Source: the human T2T-CHM13v2.0 reference genome, Homo sapiens. Taken from it: 64,000 nt of DNA. The notes under the pieces were generated by a model. It did no database searches and was not told the origin of the DNA. It was given only the letters and a program-made list of their open reading frames with translations. The position numbers and the translations under genes are program-made. Numbering within the stretch: position 1 is the first letter of the stretch; each line of letters starts with the position of its first letter. Shown piece by piece: positions 1 to 20,049 of the stretch. Location of the stretch: the NCBI RefSeq assembly GCF_009914755.1, contig NC_060947.1. One strand, written 5' to 3'.

Positions 1-315
1 TCATAGCACATGCAAATGTTCTCAAATAGGAATTCAAAATAAAAATCCAAATGTAAGGAGAATCGTATTTAGATTGTACTTAGATTTTTATCTTTGTCCT
101 GAAGAAACATTCCATTCTGAATGTGTAAAATAAAGGGAATTTTGAAAAATACAACAGTGAAAGATCAAGACAGAAAAAATGCCAGATCCCTAACATTTGA
201 AATGAGTTAGCTAGCATTTAGAAGGAAACTTTATATGTCAATTGGTAAGTTCCAAAGAAAAACAGGTCAAAATACTGTTTATCCCCAACAGCTAATATTA
301 TTGTTACCTAGAGTA

Positions 316-607
316 CAGTTGACCCTTTAACAACATGGTTTGCGTTGCACTTGTTCACTTCTATATTTTTTAAAAAATAAATGTAGTTAATCCTCCATAC
401 TTATAGGTTCCCCATCTACAGCTAAATACAGATGGAAAATACAGTATTAGTGAGATGTGAAACCATAGATACATAGGTCCCATTTGTCTTATATGCAAGT
501 TTGGCAGGGCTGCCTGTAGGACATGAGTATTATGGATTTTGATATCTGTAGGTGTTCAGGGGGCAGTGTCCTTGAATCAGTCCCCAAAAGATACCAAGGG
601 ATGACGG
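316..607 (-). mobile_element. Tigger2-family MITE (MER8-like), Tc1/mariner-pogo
   Basis: Starts CAGTTGACCCTT(T)AACAAC and ends GATACCAAGGGATGACGG (degenerate terminal inverted repeats, TIRs). Flanked by TA at 314-315 and 608-609. Confidence 0.7.
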
Positions 608-624
608 TAGTTTCTTCATAAGCA

Positions 625-954
625 TTTATTTATTTTTATTTTTATTTTTTAGAGAGACGCTCTTGCTGTCTCTCAGACTGGAGTGCAGTGACAAGATCAG
701 ACCATAGCTCACTATAGCCTCAAACTCCTGGGCTCAAGGGATCCTTCCACCTCAGCCTCCTGAGTAGCTGGGGTAACAAGTACGTGCCACCACACCCAAC
801 TATGTTTTTTTTTTAATTTTTTAAAATTTGTTTTTGGTAGAGATAGAGTCTCACTGTGTAACCCATGCTGGTCTCGAACTCCTGGCCTCAAGTATTCTTC
901 CTGTCTTGACCTCCAAAGTGATGGGATTACTGATGTGAACCACCATGCCTGGCC
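625..954 (-). mobile_element. AluJ SINE
   Basis: T-rich tail, then two Alu arms ending CATGCCTGGCC; J-type motifs (ATAGCTCACT, CTGGGCTCAAG). Confidence 0.9.
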
Positions 955-1449
955 CACAAACCTTTATTAATTATAGGAGGCAAATAAAAAAACAGCCAAA
1001 TTGTTTGCATTCAACTCTGATGTGATACGCTACAATTAAACCTTGAGTGGATCATGAAATTATTATATACTTTTTTGACTTAAAGTACTTTTCTGATTAT
1101 AAAATACATGTTAATTGTTGAAAATACAGAAAAAGTCTTTAAAAATCACCACAAGATATACAATTTATATTTTTCCCAATAGTTTTCTACTCATGTGTAT
1201 ATGTATAGCATATGTTTCACAATTTGGATCATATTATATGCAATTTTGCATACAGTTTTAACATCTTGAATGTTTTTCAATACTATTAAGTAATATTTTA
1301 ACATGACTTTAAATGGCTGCTTAATAGTCTGTTATCTAAAATGTGTCTGACTTTTACTAGAGGCTTAAGTTTCAGTAAATATCTGTGCATAAATCTTTGT
1401 TTATATTTATTTTTTAATTCCTACTTTAAGCAAATGTGCTATCTCATTG

Positions 1450-1660
1450 GTTTTTTTTTAGTATACTTACAGAATTGATAGACATTGGCAATAAAAGATA
1501 AATAAGATATGTTGTTACTTCTAGGACTTGAGGGTCTAATGAAGGAGACAAACTTGTAAACAAATGATATGACAATACAATATGAGGTTTTTAACAATAT
1601 GAAAAAATATGTATATGTCAATGTGCTAAGGAAACCAGAGGAGGAAACAACTATAACTCT
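1450..1660 (-). mobile_element. L2 LINE 3' fragment
   Basis: AATAAGATATG...GGTCTAATGAAGGAGACAAAC resembles the antisense L2 3' region; highly diverged. Confidence 0.45.
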
Positions 1661-1840
1661 ATATGAAACTATATAATTCTTTGATTTCACTTGCTCATGT
1701 AAAATTTCACAAAACTTAGTTATTCAGCAGTGATAAGGAGAATAATTTCTTGAGTATTTGGGAATATCATGAGAACCATTCCCAATGGAAGTGTATAATG
1801 ATTCCATTTTGTTGAGCTGCTTCTTACCTCCTAAGAGAGA

Positions 1841-1893
1841 CTTTCTCAAAGTATGATCCCTAGACTGGCAGTGTCAGCATTACCTGGGAACTT
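1841..1893. mobile_element. MER5A (hAT-Charlie) fragment
   Basis: TTCTCAAAGTATGATCCCTAGACTGGCAGTGTCAGCATTACCTGGGAACTT matches the MER5A terminal motif. Confidence 0.55.
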
Positions 1894-2204
1894 GGAAGTA
1901 CTATTTTGAGAGAAATCTTTTTTTTCTGAGCAGGAGGTCTTAACAGTGGGCTTCAAATATCCTCTAAACCATGCTATAGACATACAGACTATCATCCAGG
2001 CTTTGTTTTTCTATTTATAGGGCATAGAAAGAGTACATTTATCATAATTAGTAAGGATTCTAGGATTTTCAGGATGGTAAAAGAGCATTGGCCTCAACTT
2101 AAAGTCACCAGCTGCATTATCCCCTAACAATGGAGAGTCAGCCTGTCCTTTGAAGCTTTGAAGCTAGGCACTGACTTCTCTTCTACAGCTATGCAACTCA
2201 TAGA

Positions 2205-2648
2205 TTAGATCTTCTTCCAATAGAAGGCTTTTTCATCTACACTGAAAATATTTTGTTTAGTGTAGCCACCTTCATCAATTATCTTAGATCTTCCCGCAGC
2301 TTCTCCTTCAGCACTTGCTTCACTTTGCATGTTTGTGTTTTGGAGATAGCTTCTTTCCTTAAACCTCATGAACCAACCTCTGCTAGCTTCAGACATTTCT
2401 TCTGTAGCATCCTCACTGCTCTCAGCCTTCATTGAATTGAAAAGAGTTGGGGCCTTGCTTTGGATTAGGCTTTCATTCAAGGGAATGTTGTGGCTTCTTT
2501 GAACTTCTATCCAGACCACTAAAACTTTCTCCATATCAACAATAAGGCTCTTACGCTTTCTTATCATTGCATTCACATTTCTTATCACTGGTGTGTTCAC
2601 TGGAGTATCACTTTTAATGTCCTTTAATAGCTTTGTATTTGCATTCAT
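2205..2648 (-). pseudogene. Tigger1 transposase remnant (CENP-B-type HTH to start of DDE domain)
   Basis: ORF contains [21 protein letters not shown]...LIQSKA...[13 protein letters not shown]...[13 protein letters not shown], typical of Tigger1/TIGD1-like transposase; truncated. Confidence 0.85.
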
Positions 2649-2683
2649 AAATTGGCTATTTGGGGCAAGAGGCTTAGTTTACA

Positions 2684-4075
<1,392 letters not shown>

Positions 4076-4284
4076 AATTTTCAACCTGTTGTAGCTTTTG
4101 AAATGCCTTATTCACTAAGCTTAATTGTTTTTAACTTGTGATTTAAGGTGAGAGACATGTGACTCTTCCTTTTGGTTGACCATTTAGAGGCCATTGTAGG
4201 GTTATTAATTAGCGTCATTTCCATTGTTCTTTTAGTCATGAGGCTGGACTTAGATTTGAATTTGGAGTGAACTCTGGAGAATCT

Positions 4285-4350
4285 TCTTATAATAGATAAG
4301 GAAAATGAGGCACAGGAAGGTTAAATAATTTGACCAAAGCTATATATCTA
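4285..4350. mobile_element. MIR core fragment
   Basis: AGATAAGGAAAATGAGGCACAGGAAGGTTAAATAATTTGACCAAAG is the MIR core motif. Confidence 0.65.
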
Positions 4351-4551
4351 TTCCTCTTGGTTAATCCTTCTCTCCTGATCTCCCATATATATTTAGTCAC
4401 ATCACCAAGTGCAATTGTTTCTAAAGCTATAATGCTTGGCATCTCCCCATTTTTCTGTTTTCTCTTTGCTGTTATCATGCTCCTGGGCTTTTGTCTGTTA
4501 CCCATCTAATATATTTCATGTATATTTTTTAGATTAATCTTCACAAAAGCA

Positions 4552-5381
4552 TTTTTTAAACTTTTAAGTTCAGGGGTACATGTGCAGGTTTGTTATGTAG
4601 GTAAACTCATATGTCATTGGGTTTGTTTTATAGACTACTTTGTCACCCAGGTATTAAGCCTAGTACTGATTAGTTATTTTCCTGTAGCTCTCCCTCCTTC
4701 CACCCTCCACCCTCGACCCTCTGAAAGGCCTCATTGTGTGTTGTTTCCCCTATGTGTCCATTTGTTCTCATCATTTAGCTCCCACTTATAAGTGAGAACA
4801 TGTGGTATTTGGTTTTCTGTTCCCACATTAGTTTGCTAAGGTTAATGACCTCCAATTCCAACCATGTACCTGCAAAGGACATGATCTTGTGCTTTTTTTG
4901 GCTGCGTAGTATTCCATGGTGTATATACACCACATTTTCTTTATCCAGTCTACCATTGATGGGCAGGCATTTAGGTTGATTCCATGTATTTTCTATTGTG
5001 AATAGTGCTGCAATGAACACACGTGCGCATGATAGAAGATTTATATTCCTTTGGATATATACTCAGTAATGGGATTGCTGTTGCTGGCTCAAGTGGCAGT
5101 TGTGTTCTTAGGTTTTTGAGGAATTGCCACACTGTTTTCAACAATTGTTGAACTAATTTACTCTCCCACCAGCAGTATATAAGCATTCCTTTTTCTCCAC
5201 AACCTTGCCAGCACTTGTTTGGTGATTTTTTTTTTACTTTTTATCCATTCTGACTGTTGTGAGATGGTATTTCATTGTGGTTTTGATTTACGTTTCTCTC
5301 ATGATCAGTAAAGGTGTTGATAGTTTTGCCATGCAAAAGTTTAATTAGATCTCATTTGTCAATTTTTGCTTTTGTTGCAGT
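4552..5381 (-). mobile_element. 5'-truncated older primate L1 3' end (L1PA13-16/L1PB-like)
   Basis: Antisense L1 3'UTR (TTTTAAGTTCAGGGGTACATGTGCAGG) plus ORF2 C-terminal remnants (MFIAALFTI..WNQPKC); possible TSD AAAAGCAT. Confidence 0.85.
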
Positions 5382-5399
5382 TAAAAGCATCATTTTTAA

Positions 5400-6172
5400 T
5401 GGTTCACTTTCATACTCAGAAACTTTAGGTCTCCCTGTGACCTACAAGATGAAACCTAACATATAGATATAGAGGTTGAGTATTCCTTATCCAAAATGCT
5501 TAGGACAAGAAGGGTTTCAGATTACAGATTTTTTTGGACTTTGGAATATTTGCATTTTACTGGTTAAGCATCCTAAATCTGAAAATAAGAAATGCTCTAT
5601 TGACCATTTTTGGGGGGTGTCATGTCAGCTCTCAGAACGTTTTGGATTCTGGAGCATTTCAGATTTCAGATTTTTGGATTTTGGATGATCAACCTGTATT
5701 TTCAACTTGGTGTCCTACAATTATTCTATTGTCTATATAAACCTGTCTGATTTTTTCATTTCCTCCCACATGCATGCTTTGTGTATTCCATTTCTGTTCT
5801 TTCATTGCTATTGTCTTGCATTCTGTTTCCACTTGTAGTTTAAATTTTTTTCTTTTCTGGAATATTCACTTCATCTCTGTTACCCATTTATCAGAATTCT
5901 ACCTATCTTTCAAAACAAAACTTAAATTTCATACATAGAAACCTTTTCTGATCATACTCATTCTCTCTGTTCTCTTAGCTGTTATACTCATTTTCTGTGC
6001 AGTTAATTGTATATTTAATTGTATGCACTGCTTGTGTTGCTAGTTGACCTTTCGGGTGTATATATCTTATTTTCCTAGCTTGCTTGTAAATTCTTAGTAG
6101 GCAAGGACAGTGCCTTATTTTTTTGTGGTCCCTAAAGTGTCTTATTGTAATAGGTGCTCAATAAGCATGTGG
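5400..6172 (+). mobile_element. L2 LINE 3' part, interrupted by Tigger4a
   Basis: Ends TGTAAATTCTTAGTAGGCAAGGAC...TAGGTGCTCAATAAGCATG, the typical L2 3' end. Confidence 0.6.
5472..5696. mobile_element. Tigger4a/MER46 (Zombi) MITE
   Basis: TIRs GAGGTTGAGTATTCC / GGATGATCAACCTG with flanking TA. Confidence 0.8.
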
Positions 6173-6584
6173 TTTGCAATATTGAAGACATGATAACTTT
6201 ATAAGTTTTGCTGCACTGAAAAAGTCCTCATTGTTTACAGGTTTCTAATTGTATTTTCTACAATTTGTCCATGTATATTTTCAGTCAGTTTAATTCAGGT
6301 GACCTTTTCATCCATTTGCTTTTTTTCTCTTTATTTTCTACCTCCTTTGTGTACTCATTTCTGGACAAGAAACTTCTCCATGGAAAACACTGTTTCTATG
6401 ATGTTGATACAACTCATGTTAATTTTTAGTGAAAGCTTATGTGATAATTATTTCATAGTATTTCTTAACAAAAAGCAGAAACCTTTAGTGACAAATAATG
6501 TGAAAACTCAAGTATCTAGCCTACAGAGTTCTGATAAACATAGCCCTCTTTGTAGAGTGCTGTTGGTATTTTTATTCTCTTAAG

Positions 6585-6641
6585 ATTGTAGCTTTGTATT
6601 TATTGATGATTCTGGTGAAATGGAATACCTGCTTGTAATAA
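6585..6641 (+). other. Candidate 57-nt exon
   Basis: Pyrimidine tract TTTTTATTCTCTTAAG| and donor TAA|GTAAGG; one open frame (CSFVFIDDSGEMEYLLVI); lies in unique sequence. Motif evidence only. Confidence 0.25.
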
Positions 6642-8165
6642 GTAAGGCAATAAGTACTATTTGCCATATGCTGTTTCATTTTTATTTGATTGAAATATAT
6701 TTTTATGTGTCTAGATAGTAAATTGGATAACAACAGTTTTCTGAAATGTTCACACTGTTGGGCTAGATAAGAAGTTTCAGTGTTTTTTTTTTCTTTGAGG
6801 AGTATATGATAGCTCTCTAAGACAGTTTGGTATATTTCACTACTTGTAGTAATTAACGTTTATGGCCCAATTGTTTATTCCATTTGATTTTAATTTTCCT
6901 CTGTTTAAAGAACAAGAAGTAAATACTGAATTTTAAATCTTTTTTTGTTAATCTTCATTTATAAAATCAATAAAGTACTGAAAAGTTTCTGTACTTTACA
7001 GTATTTCTGTTTTCTATCATAATTCGTTAATAGTATATACATAAAAATATATCTGCTAGATGGCTATAGTCAGATAATTATGTCTTTTATTTAAACACTG
7101 ATGGCTGAAATTCATCTTTTTCTTTAGCATGTTACTTTCCTTTATGTATTGTAGTAAATATTAACATCCTCTCCTAATTTCTCGTGTCTAGGCCATCTTT
7201 GGTCAAACATTCTTTTTAAATTTAACAGAATGTGCAATAAGCATATGTGTTTTAAAAAACTATTTTTAAATTGGCTAATATTATCATGTTATTGGATCTC
7301 TATTGTTCATGTGCTGATTATTTTGTACATAAAATCCCTGCTGGATTTTAGCTCTCCCCATGTAGGTTTTTCTTGCTGAGTAGCCGATGTATGTATATTC
7401 AAGGAATAAAATTTAATCTTATATTCTCTAATCAGAAAGTCCCATAGAAAAGTGAATTTTCTGTCAGAGATCTGTAATATATTTTAAGGTCAAACATAGC
7501 ACTTTGGGTTATTATCCATTGTTTTGAATTATTTATATATCTTCACTTCCATTTTAGCACTCATAATAAATATTTAACAGTTTACTTCCTAGATCATGAT
7601 ACATAGTTAATTACAATAGGAAATTCAAGATATGTTAAGAATATAGTGAGCACCTGAGTCAGGGAGAGGACACTATCAGTAGGGATAATGACTATTATAG
7701 GGGCTGCTGGGGTCACTTTGATTATTTCCCCAATTTTTATTTTTTTCATGTTTAGTCTTTATTGCCAATAGACACTCCCAGTGAAAGTCATCCTTGCAGA
7801 TAATAATCTTAAAGGGTAGGATTATTACAACTTCCTATCAAATAATTGGCAATGATTTTAATTCATATACTTACCCAAACTTAACTTTTATATTAATTGA
7901 TTATAATGTTGCTAGATTAGTGATAATCATTAATCATTATGCAAAACAGTACTTTTTGAAAATTATACTTTAAGTTCTAGGGTACATGTGCACAACATGC
8001 AGGTTTGTTACATAAGTATACATGTGCCATGTTGGTTTGCTGCACCCATTAACTCATCATTTACGTTAGGTATTTCTCCTAATACTATCCCTCCCCCATA
8101 TACCCACTCCACGACAGGCCCCAGTGTGTGATGTTCCCCGCCCTGTGTCCAAGTGTACTCATTGT

Positions 8166-11712
<3,547 letters not shown>

Positions 11713-11775
11713 CATGATGTTAGCTGCTTATTTTGCCCGTTAGTTGATGCAGTTTCTTCCTACCATCAATGGTCT

Positions 11776-12794
11776 TTACAATTTGGCATGTTTATGGAGT
11801 AGTTGGTACCAGTTGTTCCTTTCCATGTTTAGTGCTTCCTTCAGGAGCTCTTGTAAGGCAGGCCTGGTGGTGACAAATTCTCTCAGCATTTGCTTGTCTG
11901 TGAAGGATTTTATTTCCCCTTCACTTATGAAGCTTAGTTTGGCTGGATATGAAATTCTGGGTTGAAACTTCTTTTCTTTAAGAATGTTGAATATTGGCCC
12001 CCACTCTCTTCTGGCTTGTAGAGTTTCTGCTGAGAGATCTGCTGTTAGTCTGATAGGCTTCCCTTTGTGGGGAACCTGACCTTTCTCTCTTGCTGCCCTT
12101 AACATTTTTTCCATCATTTCAACCTTGGTAAATCTGACAATTGTGTCTTGGGGTTGCTTTTCTCGAGGAGTATCTTTGTGGTGTTCTCTGTATTTCCTGA
12201 ATTTGAATGTTGACCTGCCTTGCTAGGTTGGGGAAGTTCTCCTGGATAATATCCTGGTGAGTGTTTTCCAGCTTGGTTCCATTCTCCCCATCACTTTCAG
12301 GTATGCCAATCAAATGTAGATTTGGTCTTTTCACATAGTCGCATATTTCTTGGATGCTTTGTTCATTTCTTTTTACTCTTTTTTTCTCTAAACTTCTCTT
12401 CTTGCTTCATTTCATTCATTTGATCTTCAATCACTGATACCCTTTCTTCCACTTGATTGAATCAGCTACTGAAGCTTGTGCATGCGTCATGTAGTTCTCA
12501 TGTCATGGTTTTCAGCTCCATCAGGTCATTTAAGGTCTTCTCTACACTTTATTCTAGTTAGCCATTCATCTAATCTTTTTTCAAGGTTTTTAGCTTCCTT
12601 GCAATGAGTTCGAACATCCTTCTTTAGCTCGGAGAAGTTTGTTATTACCAGCCTTCTGAAACCTACTTCTGTCAACTTGTCAAAGTCATTCTCTGTCCAG
12701 CTTTATTCCGTTGCTGGCGAGGAGCTGCAATCCTTTGAGTAGAGGTGCTCTGGTTTTTAGAATTTTCAGCTTTTCTGCTCTGGTTTCTCCCCAT
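11776..12794 (-). pseudogene. L1 ORF1, frameshifted
   Basis: Fragments KRPNLHLIGIPE... and MLRAAREKG...ARREWG...YPAKLS. Confidence 0.9.
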
Positions 12795-13407
12795 CTTTGT
12801 GGTTTTATCTACCTTTGATCTTTGATGATGGTGACCTACACATGGGATTTTGGTGTGGATGTCCTTTTTGTTGATGTTGATGCTATTCCTTTCTGTTTGT
12901 TAGTTTTCCTTCTAACAGTCAGGTCCCTCAGCTGCAGGTCTATTGGAGTTTTCTGGAGGTCCACTCCAGACCCTGTTTGCCTGGGTATCACCAACAGAGG
13001 CTGCAGAATAGCAAATATTGCAGAACAGCAAATATTGCTGCCTGATCCTTCCTCTGGAAGCTTTGTCTCAGAGGACCACCCGGTTGTATGAGGTGTCAGT
13101 CGGCCCCTACTGGGGTGTGTCTGGGAGGTGTCTCCCAGTTAGGCTACACGGGGGTCAGGGACCCACTTGAGGAGGCAGTCCGTTCTCAGAGCTCAAACAC
13201 TGTGCTGGGAGAACACTGCTCTCTTCACTGCTGTCAGACAGGTACGTTTAAGTCTGCAGAAGTTTCTGCTACCTTTTGTTTAGGTGTGTCCTGAGGAGGG
13301 GTCTGCAGAGGAGGGGTCTGCAGAGGCAGGCAGGCCTCCTTGAGCTGTGGTGGGCTCCACCCAGTTCAAGCTTCTGGCCACTTTGTTTACCTACTCAAAC
13401 TTCAGCA

Positions 13408-13737
13408 ATGGCGGACGCCCCCCCCCCCACTGCCAGGCTGCTGCCTCGCAGTTCAATCTGGGACTGCTGCACTAGCAGTGAGCAAGGCTCCGTGGACGTG
13501 GGACTGACTGAGCCATGCACAGGATATAATTTCCTGGTGTGCCATTTGCTAAGACCATTAGAAAAGTGCAGTATTAAGGCAGGAGTGTCGCAATTTTCCT
13601 GGTACAGTCTTTCACGGCTTCCCTTGGCCAGGAAAGGGAAATCCCCCGACCCCTTGGCTTCCTGGGTGAGGGGATGCCCCACCCTGCTTCAGCTCGCCTT
13701 CCATGGGCTGCACCCACTGTCCAAGCAGTCCCAGTGA
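13408..13737 (+). CDS. ORF0-like antisense ORF (109 aa) in the 5'UTR of the older L1
   Basis: MADAPPPTARLLPRSSIWDCC... is positionally homologous to L1 ORF0; Kozak context GCAATGG; expression unknown. Confidence 0.4.
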   Translation: MADAPPPTARLLPRSSIWDCCTSSEQGSVDVGLTEPCTGYNFLVCHLLRPLEKCSIKAGVSQFSWYSLSRLPLARKGKSPDPLASWVRGCPTLLQLAFHGLHPLSKQSQ

Positions 13738-14288
13738 GGTGAACCATGTACCTCAGTTGGAAATGCAGAAATCACCCATCTTCTGCATCGATCACGCTGG
13801 GAGCTACAGACTGGAGCTGTTCCTATTCGGCCATCTTGGAACAGATCCAAGGTAGTACTTTTAAATTTGCTTTAAAACTACTCAAATTTTGAACAGTGCC
13901 CCTTCTATTAATTTATAATTTTAAAAGCTACTTTATATGACATTCCACGATTTTAGAGATATTTCTCATACCCTTTTCCAACTGCAGCAAACTCTGTGAT
14001 GCTTCATGCAGACTCACTTTATGAGGTGAGCATATCTATCTTTCAGCCACTATAAATGTTGACCTCTAACAGCTCACAAATTACTCAGTCTCCAGAGAAC
14101 TGCCCTTGGCTGATGAGTGCCTTCTTTCTTCTAGAAAAGAAGACACAGTTTATAGCCACCAGGTCACTGAATAACTAGTGTATCTTCATATATATAAAAG
14201 TACTGATTTTTAAAAAATCAAAATCATTTGTCCTCCAAATAAACTGTTTCTCATTGCTATCATTCCCATTAATAAACAGCAAAACTTG

Positions 14289-17302
<3,014 letters not shown>

Positions 17303-17944
17303 AAATAGCAAAACTTGGTAAATTTCACTTCAAATTTTAGTTGTAGGATCGTTATTAATAAAGATAACTCAGTATACAAGGAGGAATTTTTCTTCCTACC
17401 TATCCTTGCCCAGTGTGGATTCAGAAATTAAATCATTTTAATTTTGTGAACTGCTTAATGAATCAATTTAGAGAAGATTAGGTGTTTGGTTCATATGAAA
17501 ACAAAATCAACAGGGCACTACATGAAAAACTGCATATTGAAAAAAACTAGAGTTTAGCTGTTCAATTCTTATGTGAGAAGACAATGGGGAAAAAACCAAA
17601 GTGCTAAAATGCTAAGAAAAATTAAAATGTTCAATCTACAATTCCGGACCAACCAGCCTCAGTCATTTGTAGTCCTCTAGAGATCCAGTAAGCATTTATC
17701 AACTAAAAGGAAAGAAAAAAGGTAAACAACTCTTATCAAAATGGATAATTTCATAAGTATGCAAAGCTACTCTGTCTTGATCCATGGTGAGTAAAACTGG
17801 TTGTTAAATAACTAAGCATAGTTTACATCATGTGGCAGCTTTAAGTATCGAAGTTCCCAGATGAAGAATGCAGACAGTTCCAATGTCAAAGATTGCAGCC
17901 AAGGGTCTTCTTAGGGGGCACATCTCCCTCCATGGGATTGGTTC

Positions 17945-20030
17945 CTGATGCCTTATATACCTTTTGTAGTGCGGTCAGATTTTACTGGTTGCTCTTGATG
18001 CTTGTAGATATCCCCCAATTTCTGGGCATTGCAGAGTTAGGTATTTATTGTAGTCTTCATCGTGTGGGCTCATTTGTATCTATCCTCCATGGGAAGGTTT
18101 TCCAGATATTCGAAGGAACTTGGGTGTTGTGATCTAAGTTTTTAGTTACTGAAGCCTTATCTGTGCTAGAGAACACCCCAAGCCCAGTAACACTGTGGTT
18201 CTTGAAAACTTGTATTATGTACCAGCTTGCTGGTCTTGGATATGATCTCAAAGTATTATCTGGATTACCAGCCAGAGACTTTTGTTCTCTTCCTTTACTT
18301 TCCCCGAAACAAAGTCTCTCCTTGTGCTGAGCTGTCTGCAGCTGGGGGCGGAGTGACACAACCCCCGCTGTAGTCACCACCACTGAGACTGCCCTGGGTC
18401 AAACCTGAAGCCAGCATAGCACTGGTCTCACCCAAGGCCGAGTATAACCACATCTGGCCACCGCCTATGTTTTCTCAAGGCCTTAGGTCTCTACAGTAAG
18501 CAAGTGGCGAAGCTGGCGAGGCTTCTGTCCTTCCCTTTAGGGCAGCAAGTTCCCATATTCCCCAGGCAGGTCCAGAGAACCAGGGTCTGGAGTTGAAAAC
18601 CACATAAATATATTCTATTCTGTATTCTACTATGGCTCATCTGGCACCCAAACCACAAGACAAAGTCCTTCCCACTGTTCTCTCCTCTTTCTACAGACAG
18701 AGCAGTCTCCCCTGCTGGCCACCACTTCCCCAGGCCCACAGGGAATACTTCCAGGATAACACTGATGTTCATTCAAGGGCCAAGGGCTCTTCATTCGGTT
18801 TTTGGTGAATGCTTCCAGGCCTGGGACTCAACCTTCAGGGCAGTGAGCTACCCTCTGGCCCAGGGAAGGTCCATAAATGCTGTCCAAGCGCCAAGGCCTA
18901 GAATCAGGGACCCAAAGAGCCTGCTTGGTGCTCTCCCACCAAGCTGTGGCCAAGCTCACACCTAAGCTGCAAAACAAAGTCCCCTTTGCTTTTCCCTCTC
19001 CTTTTCTCAAGCAGAGGGAGTCTTTCTGGATAGACACCACAGCTAGGAATATGCTGGGTCACAACTAAAATCAATGTGTCACAGAATCTCACGCAAGGCC
19101 CATGATGTGTACTGGCCAGCTACCACTGCTGATTAATCAGGGCTCAAGGGCTCCTTAGTCAGCAGATGATTAATCCTGCTAGGACAGGGCCCTTCTCTTC
19201 AAGGCAGCAAAGTTCCCTTCTGGCCCAGTATATTTCTAGAAATGTTGTCCAGGTTCTGGGGCTTGGAATGTGAGCCTCACAACTCTGCCTGCTCCCCTAT
19301 CCTACTGTGGCTGAGCTGGTGTCCAAGTTGTAAGACAAAGTTCTATTTATTCTCCCCTCTCCTCCTCTCAAGGGGAAGGAACAAGTCTCTCCAAGAATTG
19401 CTAGTTATACTGCCTGCGGTTGGTAGAGAGGTGGTGCAATTACTTACTTGGCTGCTGCAATTAGTGTTTCATGTTCCCCTCAACCCCCAAATCCACTGGC
19501 TCTGAGGTCAGCACACCGGGACCTGCCTAGGATTTGCAGTCCTTGTGATGTAGACTGCCTTTCAAGTTTATGCAGGACTCCAGAGCACTTTACCCCACAG
19601 TGGCAAGGCTTGCTGGAACTCAGTTTCCAACCACTAGGATGGACAATTTCCATCTGGCTAGGGCTGTGTCAAATGTTCCCTCCATGATCACTGGCTGAGT
19701 TCTTCCTGGTGTTGATTTCTGCTGTGAGAGGGCAGCACTGAGTTCCAATGTGCAGTTCCACAATTGGTGCATTCTCATTCTCTCAAGCGCGGAAATTCTC
19801 TGCACCATGTGGCCACTACTAAGGGCTGGGGAAGTGGTGGCATCAGCAATTGAAGACTGTCTTTACTACCCTCTTCAGTGCCTGTCTCAGTGATATTAAG
19901 ACCAGATACTGTGATCACTCATCTGATTTTTGGTTCTTACAAAGATGCTTTTTTGTGTGTAGATACTTACTATATTTGATGTTCCTGTGGGAAGGATGAA
20001 TGTTGGAGGCTTCTGTTCTGCCACCTTGTT
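17945..20030 (-). mobile_element. Old L1 5'UTR (L1M1/L1MA-type 5' end) without its body
   Basis: GC-richer, internally repetitive UTR ending GGCTTCTGTTCTGCCACCTTG (degenerate antisense CAAGATGGC start motif). Confidence 0.65.
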
Positions 20031-20049
20031 CTGCCTTGGGTTCTGTAAG

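Noticed and set aside
2205-2648. ORF resembling the domesticated gene TIGD1
   Set aside because: Truncated and diverged, inside a Tigger1 copy interrupted by Ricksha; a fossil, not a gene.
13000-13040. GCAGAA(T/C)AGCAAATATT duplication in the L1 5'UTR
   Set aside because: Probably a subfamily consensus feature rather than a private event.
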